Positions 9,311 through 17,563 of a stretch of DNA of 64,000 nucleotides are shown here, in pieces (position 1 is the first letter of the stretch; every line of letters starts with the position of its first letter). The stretch comes from Chloroflexota bacterium (GTDB lineage Bacteria > Chloroflexota > Dormibacteria > Dormibacterales > Dormibacteraceae). The DNA is taken from the NCBI GenBank assembly GCA_005888075.1, contig VBKD01000174.1:2057-66056 (forward strand), in the 5' to 3' direction. The notes under the pieces were generated by a model. It made no database searches. It was not told the DNA's origin and saw only the letters and a list, made by a program, of their open reading frames with translations. A program made the translations under genes and the position numbers.

Positions 9311-9736
9311 TTAAGCGGCCCGGTGGTCCCCCAGGTAGTGGATGAGACTCTTGTAACTTCTCATCGCCACCCTCAGCCGCTCCGTGTCCTTGTCATCGCC
9401 GGCTTCGCTGTGAATTCGCCGGATCTGTTCGTGCAGCGCGGCCGTCATCTTGTCGACCGCTTCCCCGACCAACGTCTCGGCTTTCTGAACCGCTGCCTTC
9501 GGCTCTTCGATGAAGTCGCCCTGGATGGCATCGAAGCGCTGGATGTAGATCGACATCTCAGGCCAAGGGTCGACGGCACCCATCGACTCGGACGTGCGGG
9601 GGCGTGATTGCTCCATCACCTCCGGGTTCGTGCGAGCCGAGTTGGCGGGCATCGGTTCCGCCGGCCGCATCGTGCGCTGGCTCGTGCGCGCCTCGCCGGC
9701 ATCGTCGCGATCTATGTCAGTCCTGTCTTTCATCAC
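9311..9736 (-). CDS. Hypothetical protein (paralog of the upstream gene)
   Basis: 141-aa ORF. It shares the block FIEEPKAAVQKAETLVGEAV...RVAMRSYKSLIHYL with 9733..10215. The two genes overlap by 4 nt (ATGA). Confidence 0.6.
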   Translation of the reverse strand: MMKDRTDIDRDDAGEARTSQRTMRPAEPMPANSARTNPEVMEQSRPRTSESMGAVDPWPEMSIYIQRFDAIQGDFIEEPKAAVQKAETLVGEAVDKMTAALHEQIRRIHSEAGDDKDTERLRVAMRSYKSLIHYLGDHRAA

Positions 9737-10215
9737 GCAACCTCCCGGCTCGGGCTCTTGTCGGACTCGCGTGCCGACTCTCCGACCGCATCTATGAACA
9801 TTGCCTTGTAGTGGAGCATCGCTTTACGCATCCCCTCGGTTCCTTGTTCGCCTTCCTGTGCGCGGGCTGCCTCGCGCGCGCGCCGCAAGTCATCCGGGAT
9901 GTGGCGGTCGTCATCGAGCTTCGCTCCACGTTCTTGAAGCAACGCAACTGCCGTCTGATCGGCTTCATGAATGGCGTTGCGCGGTTCCTCGATGAATCTC
10001 GCCTCGATCGCGCGCCATGAGCTGGCATACCGCCGTTTCGACTCATCAGGCAGCGGACGCAGCCGCGTGCGCTGCATCTGCCAGATCCCGATTCCCGCCG
10101 CAATCAGGACGATGACGGCCAATATCAACAGAACGAGTAGGGTCGACTGACTCAATGTGGGCACACCTCCTACTGAGGTAACGGGACCCGGCCCGGCCCT
10201 ACTTACGAATTCCAA
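9733..10215 (-). CDS. Hypothetical membrane-anchored protein
   Basis: 160-aa ORF with one TM segment (LLVLLILAVIVLIAAGIGIW), then W..IEARFIEEPRNAIHEADQTAVALL and RKAMLHYKAMFIDAV. This type of protein is widespread in high-GC Gram-positives (from memory). Confidence 0.6.
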   Translation of the reverse strand: MEFVSRAGPGPVTSVGGVPTLSQSTLLVLLILAVIVLIAAGIGIWQMQRTRLRPLPDESKRRYASSWRAIEARFIEEPRNAIHEADQTAVALLQERGAKLDDDRHIPDDLRRAREAARAQEGEQGTEGMRKAMLHYKAMFIDAVGESARESDKSPSREVA

Positions 10216-10406
10216 TCAGGGTAAAGACATGTCGAGCAACAGCCGGCTCGCGAATCCGAGCTAGCGTCGGGTCTTTTTTGGCGGCGCGGGTCTGGCCTTT
10301 GCCTTGGACTTTGGCACGGGCTTCGACCTGGGCGTCGCGGTCTTGCGCTTGCGCGGAGTAGCCGGAGCAACGACTTTGAAACTGCCCATTCGCGCCTTGC
10401 CCAGGT

Positions 10407-10955
10407 TCAGTAGCCGAGCGCCTGACGCAGCACCTTGAATCCCCCGTCGCGCCGGTCGGTTGTAGTGGCGACCGAATACGTGATCCGATCGAGGATGGCC
10501 AGGACAGCGACCGCGTCTTGCGGATTCTTCAAGATGGCGGGCTCGCAAAGGCCCGCGGCCACGGCCCGCTGGACATACGGTCCTTCCTCTGACCACCGCT
10601 TCATCTCGGTGAGAAGCGCCGGCATGTTTTCCCTCCCGACCTGCTGGAGGGCTATCGCGACTCCTTCTCGGACGCGCCACCGTGGGTCGGAGGCCAGCTC
10701 GCGGAGCCAGGTCATCACCGTGTCAGGCTCCATCAGCGCAACCTTGCCGAGGCCGGCCGTGCCGCAAAGGGCAAGGAATTCGTCCGCGGAGGCCGAAAGC
10801 CGCCACAGGCGGTCGGCGTCCGCCTCCTCGGCGACTGCCGCGACGAGCTCGAGGTTGGCTCTTGGTCCGGGAAGGCCGGAGTGCTTCTTGAGGTAAGGCT
10901 CCCAATCTTTCAGGCGGCTGAGCTCTCGGCGGTACAGCTGCATGCGTTCGCCCAT
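10407..10955 (-). CDS. HEAT-repeat protein (DNA alkylation repair AlkD-like fold), possibly truncated by a frameshift
   Basis: 182-aa ORF with repeated helical pairs (DPRWRVREGVAIALQQV, GPYVQRAVAAGLCE). It ends abruptly at ...LRQALGY. A Lys/Arg/Pro-rich 42-codon ORF follows in another frame (10261..10389). Confidence 0.55.
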   Translation of the reverse strand: MGERMQLYRRELSRLKDWEPYLKKHSGLPGPRANLELVAAVAEEADADRLWRLSASADEFLALCGTAGLGKVALMEPDTVMTWLRELASDPRWRVREGVAIALQQVGRENMPALLTEMKRWSEEGPYVQRAVAAGLCEPAILKNPQDAVAVLAILDRITYSVATTTDRRDGGFKVLRQALGY

Positions 10956-11020
10956 CTCTGGTTCGCGATGCTAAGGGGTCCATGCGCTTGGTGGGACTGA
11001 GCTAATGGACAATCCACACG

Positions 11021-11635
11021 ATGGATAGCGCACGGTCGGCCGCGATCACGCAGGGGGTCCGGCTCGAACTCATCACCGTCGGCTGGATGGTCGTCGAGGC
11101 GGTCATCGCCATCGGCGCAGGCGTCGCGGCCAGGAGTGTCCTGCTGACGGCCTTCGGCTTTGACTCGGTGGTCGAGCTCCTGAGCGGAATCGTTCTTTGG
11201 CGGCGGCTCAGCGCCGAGGCGCACAGCGCTGACATCGCCGGTGTCGTGAAGCTGGAGCGGGCGACCACGCGCATCTCGGCGGTGCTGCTGGTCGTGCTGT
11301 GCGCTTACGTTGTTCTGACCTCGATCGCCGGCCTTGTCCTCGGCCTCAAGCCGGATTCCTCGGTGCTTGGTGTCGGCGTGGCCTCAGTTGCTCTGATCGC
11401 CATGCCGCTCCTCGCGAAGGCCAAAAGCGGCGCCAACCAGGTCATCCAGAGCACGTCGCTGCGAGCCGATATCGCCGAGACCATCAGCTGCGCCTACCTG
11501 GCCGCCATCACGCTGTTCGGTCTTGGCTCCAGCATGCTGCTTGGCTGGTGGTGGGTGCAGTACGTCGCGGCCTTCGCATTGCTCATCTGGCTGGTTCCCG
11601 AGACTCGTGAAGCCCTCGAGGCGAACCATGGCTGA
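11021..11635 (+). CDS. Cation-efflux (CDF)-like membrane protein lacking the cytoplasmic C-terminal domain
   Basis: 204-aa ORF with ~5-6 TM segments. The N-terminal block GWMVVEAVIAIGAGVAARSVLLTAFGFDSVVELLSG resembles CDF TM1-TM2. Confidence 0.55.
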   Translation: MDSARSAAITQGVRLELITVGWMVVEAVIAIGAGVAARSVLLTAFGFDSVVELLSGIVLWRRLSAEAHSADIAGVVKLERATTRISAVLLVVLCAYVVLTSIAGLVLGLKPDSSVLGVGVASVALIAMPLLAKAKSGANQVIQSTSLRADIAETISCAYLAAITLFGLGSSMLLGWWWVQYVAAFALLIWLVPETREALEANHG

Positions 11636-11688
11636 CCACCATCGCGCGGGATAATGAGGCCGACCAAGCGGGGCGGAGGCGAAATTCG

Positions 11689-12978
11689 ATGAGCGACAGG
11701 CGGGATGGAAGCGTGGATCACACCGATGAACGGCGCGTCATGCTGACGCAGCTGCTGCGCAGCCCCGTTCTCAACCCCGCGGGAGTCGAGATCGGGCGGG
11801 TCGAAGACGTCATCGTCAAGCTGGCCGAGGGGGTCTATCCGCCGATCACCGGCCTCAAGGTCCGGGTTGGAGCAGAAGACGTCTTCGTCGGCAAGGACCT
11901 GATCGAGCACCTGCAGCCGGGAGCGGTTCGGCTCAACACCCACACGCTCCAAACGCAGGCGTTCCAGCGGCGACCCGGCGAGGTGCTCCTCGCTGCCGAC
12001 GTCCTCGGGCGCCATCTGGTCGACATGGTGCGAGGGCGGATCGTCCAGGCCAATGACTTGGTTCTAGCACCCACCGATGGCGGCTGGTATCTGGCCGGAA
12101 TCGATCGCAGCCCGCAAGCGCTGCTGCGCCGATGGCTCCCTCGTCGAGCCCGGCCAGACCTTCGACGCCACGCGATCCTTGACTGGAAGGACGTCCAGCC
12201 GTTCGTCGGTCACGTGCCAACCGCCAAGCTGCTGATGCCGCTGCAGCGGTTGCGACGGCTGCACCCGGCGCAGATCGCAGACATAGTGGAAGGCGTCTCG
12301 CATGAGGAGGGCGAGGAGATCATTCAAACGGTGCGCAGCGACGCCGAGCTGACGGCCGACGTGTTCGAGGAGCTCGATGACGAACACAGAGTCGAGTTCC
12401 TCAGGTCGCGGCCGAATGAGGAGGTGGCGAAGGTCCTCGACCGCATGGCGCCAGACGATGCCGCGGACATTCTCGGCGAGCTGAGTCAGGAGCGGCGCAA
12501 GCCCATTTTCGACTTGATGTCGCCAAACCAGCAGCACAAGTTGAGCAAGCTTCTGCAGTATCACCCCAGCACGGCCGGAGGGATGATGAGCCCCGACTAC
12601 GTCTGGGTCGTTCGCGGCTCCACAGTGGAGATGGCGCTCGAAGCGGTCCGCACCGACGACAAGTCACCTCGGCCACTGCTCAGCACCGTCTTCATAACTG
12701 AGCAGGAAGGGCGTTATGTCGGCAGCGTCGCGGTGGTTGATCTTCTTCGTGCGGATCGCCACCAAAAGGTCGAAGAGCTCGAGCTGAGCAACATATCGGT
12801 CCAGGGGAACGCGGACTTTTCCGACGTCGCCCTACTCATGGCCGACTACAACCTCACCGCCCTTGCGGCCACCGACGCCGCCGGCAACATGGTGGGTGCG
12901 ATCTCGTCGGACGACGTCATCGAGGCCCTCGTCCCAGAAGACTGGCGAGCCCGGGTCGAAGCGAGCACCGGGGTATAG
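11689..12978 (+). CDS. Soluble PRC-barrel / MgtE N-terminal domain / CBS-pair protein (MgtE cytoplasmic module without a membrane domain)
   Basis: 429-aa ORF. The N-terminal LNPAGVEIGRVEDVIVKL is PRC-barrel-like. HPAQIADIVE...MAPDDAADILGELSQERR is MgtE_N. Two CBS-like repeats follow (GGMMSPDYVWV..., NMVGAISSDDVIEAL). No hydrophobic TM region is present. Confidence 0.8.
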   Translation: MSDRRDGSVDHTDERRVMLTQLLRSPVLNPAGVEIGRVEDVIVKLAEGVYPPITGLKVRVGAEDVFVGKDLIEHLQPGAVRLNTHTLQTQAFQRRPGEVLLAADVLGRHLVDMVRGRIVQANDLVLAPTDGGWYLAGIDRSPQALLRRWLPRRARPDLRRHAILDWKDVQPFVGHVPTAKLLMPLQRLRRLHPAQIADIVEGVSHEEGEEIIQTVRSDAELTADVFEELDDEHRVEFLRSRPNEEVAKVLDRMAPDDAADILGELSQERRKPIFDLMSPNQQHKLSKLLQYHPSTAGGMMSPDYVWVVRGSTVEMALEAVRTDDKSPRPLLSTVFITEQEGRYVGSVAVVDLLRADRHQKVEELELSNISVQGNADFSDVALLMADYNLTALAATDAAGNMVGAISSDDVIEALVPEDWRARVEASTGV

Positions 12979-12984
12979 CCAACC

Positions 12985-14631
12985 ATGGCTGAGCGCGAGC
13001 CGAATCAGAAGGACTCGCGCTTGAGGCCAGGGTCGGCGATCCTGCCGGATGCCCACGGCGAGGAAATCCAGGGCGCCTTCGGGACCATCCGCCTCAGCGA
13101 CGTCACACCTCGCCGATCCTGGCGGCGCAGGCTGCAGACCCTGGCTGCGATCCTCGGACCCGGACTCATCGTCATGGTCGGCGACAACGATGCCGGGGGA
13201 GTGTCGACGTACGCGCAGGCCGGTCAAGACTTTGGGTATTCGCTCCTCTGGACACTGCTCCTGCTGATTCCCGTCCTGATCGTCAACCAGGAGATGGTGG
13301 TGCGATTGGGCGCCGTGACCGGCGTCGGCTACGCGAGACTCATCAGCGAGCGTTTCGGCCGCTCCTGGGGCTGGTTTTCGGTCGCAGGAATTTTTCTGCT
13401 CAACTTCCTGACCATCAGCACTGAGTTCATGGGAATCAGCCTTGCCGCTGAGTATTTTGGTTTCAGCAAGTACGTCGTCGTGCCCCTGGCGATGCTCGTG
13501 CTGATCGGCATCACCATCAGCGGCAACTTCCGTCGATGGGAGCGCGCAATGTTCGCCTTCCTTTTCGCGAGCCTGCTGGTGATCCCGCTGGCGGTGTTGA
13601 GCCACCCCAACCCAGGGGCGGCCATCAGAGGGTTCGTCATGCCGGGCATACAGGGTGGCCTTACGTCGAACTCGGCGCTGTTGATCATCGCGGTCGTCGG
13701 GACCACGGTTGCTCCCTGGCAGCTCTTCTTTCAGCAGTCCAACGTCATCGACAAGCGCATCACGCCCCGATTCCTCGAATACGAGAAGGCGGACACCGTA
13801 ATCGGCGCGTTTGTGGTCGTGGTCGGTGCAGCCGCAATCATGATGGCGACCGGCGCGGCATTCTCGGGCACACCTGCGATGGGCCATTTCGTGGATGCGC
13901 TGCAAGTGGCCCAGGGACTGAAGGCGTATATCTCTCCTGTCGTCGGCGCCATCTTCGCCCTGCTGCTGCTGGATGCGTCGATCGTTGGCGCGTCGGCGGT
14001 GACGCTGGCGACGTCATATGCGTTCGGCGACATCTTCGGCCTGATGCACTCGCTGCATAGAGGCGTGCGCGAAGCGAAGACTTTCTACGCCACATACACC
14101 GCGATGGTCGCGCTGGCCGCCGCGATTGTGCTCATCCCGCACGCTCCGCTCGGTCTGATCACGACAGCGGTTCAGGCGCTCGCGGGCATCATGCTGCCGA
14201 GCGCCACGGTTTTCGCCGTGATGCTCTGCAACGACCGCGCCGTGCTCGGTCCATGGGTCAACAAGCCCTGGCTCAACGCTGTGGCGGGCATCATCGTGAG
14301 CTCATTGATCGCGCTATCGATGATCCTCGTCGTCTCAACTCTGATTCCAACCATCGACGTGACCCGCCTGCTTCTCGTGCTCTCGGCGTTGACGGTCGCG
14401 GTCTGGATCGTGGGCGGAGCAGGTTTGGTGTACGGCAGCCGGCGCGCTGCACCCGAGCCCGCGATGTCGCGACAGGAGCGGGAGAACTGGCGTATGCCCG
14501 CACTCGCACTTCTCGAGCGACCGAAGGGGACGTTGACCCGCCGAATCACGGTATGGGTGCTGAGCGGCTACGTCGTTGTGGGGGTCATCCTTCTGGCGGT
14601 CAAGTCAGTCGAGATCGCGCTTCATCAGTAG
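12985..14631 (+). CDS. Nramp-family transporter with a non-canonical metal site (Nramp-related, possibly Mg2+-type)
   Basis: 548-aa ORF with ~11-12 TM segments. TM1 reads GPGLIVMVGDNDAGGVSTYAQAGQDFGYSLLW (compare E. coli MntH [25 protein letters not shown]). TM6 reads GTTVAPWQLFFQQS (compare GATVMPHVIYLHS). It starts 6 nt after the MgtE_N/CBS gene. Confidence 0.85.
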   Translation: MAEREPNQKDSRLRPGSAILPDAHGEEIQGAFGTIRLSDVTPRRSWRRRLQTLAAILGPGLIVMVGDNDAGGVSTYAQAGQDFGYSLLWTLLLLIPVLIVNQEMVVRLGAVTGVGYARLISERFGRSWGWFSVAGIFLLNFLTISTEFMGISLAAEYFGFSKYVVVPLAMLVLIGITISGNFRRWERAMFAFLFASLLVIPLAVLSHPNPGAAIRGFVMPGIQGGLTSNSALLIIAVVGTTVAPWQLFFQQSNVIDKRITPRFLEYEKADTVIGAFVVVVGAAAIMMATGAAFSGTPAMGHFVDALQVAQGLKAYISPVVGAIFALLLLDASIVGASAVTLATSYAFGDIFGLMHSLHRGVREAKTFYATYTAMVALAAAIVLIPHAPLGLITTAVQALAGIMLPSATVFAVMLCNDRAVLGPWVNKPWLNAVAGIIVSSLIALSMILVVSTLIPTIDVTRLLLVLSALTVAVWIVGGAGLVYGSRRAAPEPAMSRQERENWRMPALALLERPKGTLTRRITVWVLSGYVVVGVILLAVKSVEIALHQ

Positions 14632-14694
14632 TCGTCTCTTTAGGTTCTTTAACACTCCACTTACATTCACATACCCAACCCGGGGCTAGAATGG

Positions 14695-15612
14695 ATGCCC
14701 GTGCCGCTCGGTATCAAACCGGGCCACCGCGCCAGAGCATCCCGCCGGCGCCTGAGCCCATCACGCACCATCCTCCTCGCCGCGCTTGCCATTGTCCTTT
14801 CGTCGGTGGCTGGCGGTCTCGCGTACTTCATCCCAGCCGCGCAGACGGCGATCGCGTCGACCGGGCAGGCCGTGCACGTTCCATCCCCATCCCCGACGTC
14901 CCTGTTCACCGCATCGCCGTCGCCGGCTCCGGTCGCAAACGTCAGCGGAGCGTTCACCGTGCTCCTTCTCGGATCGGACGACGACTCCAAGTTCGGACCC
15001 GATCACGTGCTCACCCAGTCGATGATCCTGGTGAGGGTCGTGCCCTCGACCAAGCAGGTCACCATGCTCTCGATCCCGCGCGACCTGTACGTGCCGATGT
15101 CGGTGGGATGGTCGGGCAAAATCGATGGCGCCTACTCGTATGGAGGTGCCGGCGCGGCCATCGCGACGGTGGAGCAGAACTTCCACGTCCACGTCGACGA
15201 CTACATATGGGTGGGTCTGCTCGGACTGATCAAGTTGATCGACGCCATGGGCGGAGTCGACGTCGTGACCAGCAACCCGGAGTACGTGCGGTCACGCCAT
15301 GGCGACCTGCAAAGCGACCTCGGCCGCTCGCAAAGGCAGCAGCAGGTCCTGATCGCGATCCGTCAGAAAGCCAGGCAAATCGCCCCTGCAGACCTGCCCG
15401 TCATGGCTAGCGCGATAGGCGGTGAGCTGAAAACGAGCATCAGCATCTCCAAGGTGGCCGAGTTGCTGCCGCTGGCCTCGAGCTTCGACAACCCTGACTC
15501 GATCCATCAGATCGTCCTGCTCAATCCGTACACCCATGGCGGGGGCCCCGACGGCAGCATCGTCGGGAACTGGGACCTGATCCTGCCGCTGGTGCACCAG
15601 ACCTTCCCATGA
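14695..15612 (+). CDS. LytR-CpsA-Psr (LCP) family cell-envelope phosphotransferase
   Basis: 305-aa ORF with an N-terminal TM anchor, FTVLLLGSDDD, SMILVRVVPSTKQVTMLSIPRDLYVP, IDAMGGVDV and RSQRQQQVLIAI. The segment between GGVDV and YVRSRHGD looks unusually short. Confidence 0.8.
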   Translation: MPVPLGIKPGHRARASRRRLSPSRTILLAALAIVLSSVAGGLAYFIPAAQTAIASTGQAVHVPSPSPTSLFTASPSPAPVANVSGAFTVLLLGSDDDSKFGPDHVLTQSMILVRVVPSTKQVTMLSIPRDLYVPMSVGWSGKIDGAYSYGGAGAAIATVEQNFHVHVDDYIWVGLLGLIKLIDAMGGVDVVTSNPEYVRSRHGDLQSDLGRSQRQQQVLIAIRQKARQIAPADLPVMASAIGGELKTSISISKVAELLPLASSFDNPDSIHQIVLLNPYTHGGGPDGSIVGNWDLILPLVHQTFP

Positions 15613-16748
15613 CCCCTCGCCTGCTGCCCCAGTTCTTGCTCGCCGTGGGACTTGCCTTGTTGATGGTGGTGACTGGCGCCTTCACATACATCACGATCGG
15701 CAACCACCAGACGAAGGTGGCCCTGAAGGTGCAGAAGCCGACGGAGCCGACGCCGAGCCCGAAGGCATTCGTTCTGCCGGGCACGATTTACGTCGCCCAG
15801 TCAGGCGCGCTCTACAGCCTGAACGCGGGACGCTTCCACCAGCTGACGCCCGAGGCCGGCTGGTCCCAACCCGCCCTTTATCCGGACGGAAGCAACCTGC
15901 TCGCGGTCAAGAACACCGGGTGGTATTCGGACATCTACGTCTTGAACCGCTTTGGGAATGTGATGCGGCAGGTCACCAACAACAGCGGACCCCCAAGGAA
16001 CAACGACACCGGCGCGAAGGACTGGGCCTTCTACCCGCGCCTCAGCCCTGACCAGGGCACGTTGTGGCTGACGTACGACCAGCCCAAGGGCGGATACGAC
16101 ACCGGCTTCTCGATCTGGGCGATGCCATTCAACGGCACGATGCGCCAGGCGCGGCTCTGGACGATTTCCGGCGATCACACCGGCGGCGATGTGCAGTCGA
16201 TTCCGCTTCCGGGCGGCGGGATCATTTACACGAAGTACGACTTTGGACCCGACCAGAAGCTGGTCGGCCGGCTGTGGTTCACCAACCGCGCCTATTCCTA
16301 CGGCAAGCCGCTGACGGACCCGTCCGAGGACTGCCGCCAGCCGTCGCTGTCTCCCGACGGAAGCCAGCTCGCGATGATCTGCACCTACGAGAAGCAGGTC
16401 TCGTATCTCACAATCGCCTCCTGGAGCGGCAACAACCTGGGGCCGCGCAAGAACCTGGTCACCAACCAGATGGCCGCGCAGCCGGCGTGGGCGCCGGACG
16501 GCTCAGGGATCGCATACCTGGCGCCAGGCTCCAAGGCAGGACTCGGGACCTTCCAGCTGTGGTGGCTGGCCAAAGGCGCCTACACGCCGCCGCCGCCGGC
16601 CCCGATACCGACGCCCACCCCCGGAGGACCGCACAACGGTCCGCTGCCCAGCCCCTCGGCGCCACCGCCGCTTCCCGTGGTGAAGCCGTTGGAGATGACC
16701 ACCGGACTCGGCCTCGACGCGACCTCGCCGATCGCCTGGAGCAGCTAG
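15609..16748 (+). CDS. Membrane-anchored PD40/TolB-like beta-propeller protein with a Pro-rich C-terminus
   Basis: 379-aa ORF with an ATGA overlap to the LCP gene. It has a TM anchor, repeated P.LSPDG / PAWAPDGSGIAY (PD40-like) motifs, and a PPPPAPIPTPTPGGP tail. Confidence 0.7.
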   Translation: MTPRLLPQFLLAVGLALLMVVTGAFTYITIGNHQTKVALKVQKPTEPTPSPKAFVLPGTIYVAQSGALYSLNAGRFHQLTPEAGWSQPALYPDGSNLLAVKNTGWYSDIYVLNRFGNVMRQVTNNSGPPRNNDTGAKDWAFYPRLSPDQGTLWLTYDQPKGGYDTGFSIWAMPFNGTMRQARLWTISGDHTGGDVQSIPLPGGGIIYTKYDFGPDQKLVGRLWFTNRAYSYGKPLTDPSEDCRQPSLSPDGSQLAMICTYEKQVSYLTIASWSGNNLGPRKNLVTNQMAAQPAWAPDGSGIAYLAPGSKAGLGTFQLWWLAKGAYTPPPPAPIPTPTPGGPHNGPLPSPSAPPPLPVVKPLEMTTGLGLDATSPIAWSS

Positions 16749-17539
16749 CAGCCGGGCCGGCCGGGCCCTCGAGCCAGAACCGGTTCGGCGTTGGCCGCGG
16801 TCGCTTGGGAAGCGGTGATGTACTTGTCCGCCACCATCGCCGCAAGGACGTCTGATCGCCGAGCGGCCGCTGCGTCCGGATTCACGGTCGGGTCGTAGAT
16901 CGACGGAGCCTGGGTCACCCCCGCGAGCAGCGCGTACTGGCCCAGGGTCAGGTCGCCCAACGGCGCCCGGAAGTAGTCGCAGGCGGCGGCCGTGACTCCA
17001 TACACCCCCAGGCCGGTGGTGATCTCGCTCAGGTAATCGGCCATGATGCGGCGCTTGCTGAGCACTCGCTCGACCTTGAGCGCCAGCGCCAGGTCCTCCA
17101 GCTTGTGATATCCCTGGTCTGAACCGTTGAGGTAGATGTCCTTGACGAGCTGCTCGGTGATCGTGGACCCCCCTTGGCACAGGCAGAAGTTGGCCGCGTC
17201 GTAAAGCAAGGCCCGGGCAACCCCAAGCGAATCGATGCCGTGGTGAGAGTAGAAGCGCTCGTCCTCGATGGCCACCACGGCGTCGGCCAGCAATGGCGGG
17301 ACCTGGTCCTCGCGCAGCAGGACGGCATTCTTGGCCCTGGTGTCAGCGGCCACCCGCTGCTGAATGTCTGTGGCCGGGGGCGTCGAGACCCAGAGGGTCA
17401 GGGCGCTGGGGACGAGCGCCGCAAGGAGCAGAACGAAAGCCACCGCAATGCGCGCGAAAGCAAGCGCAAACCCGCCCACGGTGGTTACGAACGGGCGGTC
17501 GGCATTTCCAGTTACGCCAACCTGGAGCGTCGGAAGCAA
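16745..17539 (-). CDS. Monofunctional peptidoglycan glycosyltransferase (GT51)
   Basis: 264-aa ORF with a TM anchor, AIEDERFYSHHGID, GGSTITEQLVK and RIMADYLSE motifs of GT51. There is no transpeptidase domain. Confidence 0.85.
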   Translation of the reverse strand: MLPTLQVGVTGNADRPFVTTVGGFALAFARIAVAFVLLLAALVPSALTLWVSTPPATDIQQRVAADTRAKNAVLLREDQVPPLLADAVVAIEDERFYSHHGIDSLGVARALLYDAANFCLCQGGSTITEQLVKDIYLNGSDQGYHKLEDLALALKVERVLSKRRIMADYLSEITTGLGVYGVTAAACDYFRAPLGDLTLGQYALLAGVTQAPSIYDPTVNPDAAAARRSDVLAAMVADKYITASQATAANAEPVLARGPGRPGC

Positions 17540-17563
17540 GTTCCATGGGACAATCCCGTTCGC

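Noticed and set aside
10261-10680. 139-aa minus-strand ORF overlapping the HEAT-repeat gene
   Set aside because: Most of it is an Arg/Gly-rich shadow frame of the HEAT gene. Only its last 42 codons (the basic tail) look meaningful, and they are treated in the frameshift finding.
10956-11688. Search for an M-box (Mg2+) riboswitch upstream of the cation-transport genes
   Set aside because: The spacers are only 65 nt (10956-11020) and 53 nt (11636-11688), and they lack the conserved M-box blocks I can recall.
14253-15410. 385-aa + strand ORF spanning the Nramp 3' end and the LCP gene
   Set aside because: It is out of frame with two well-supported genes. The translation is Arg/Pro/Gly-rich with no motifs, so it is a shadow ORF.
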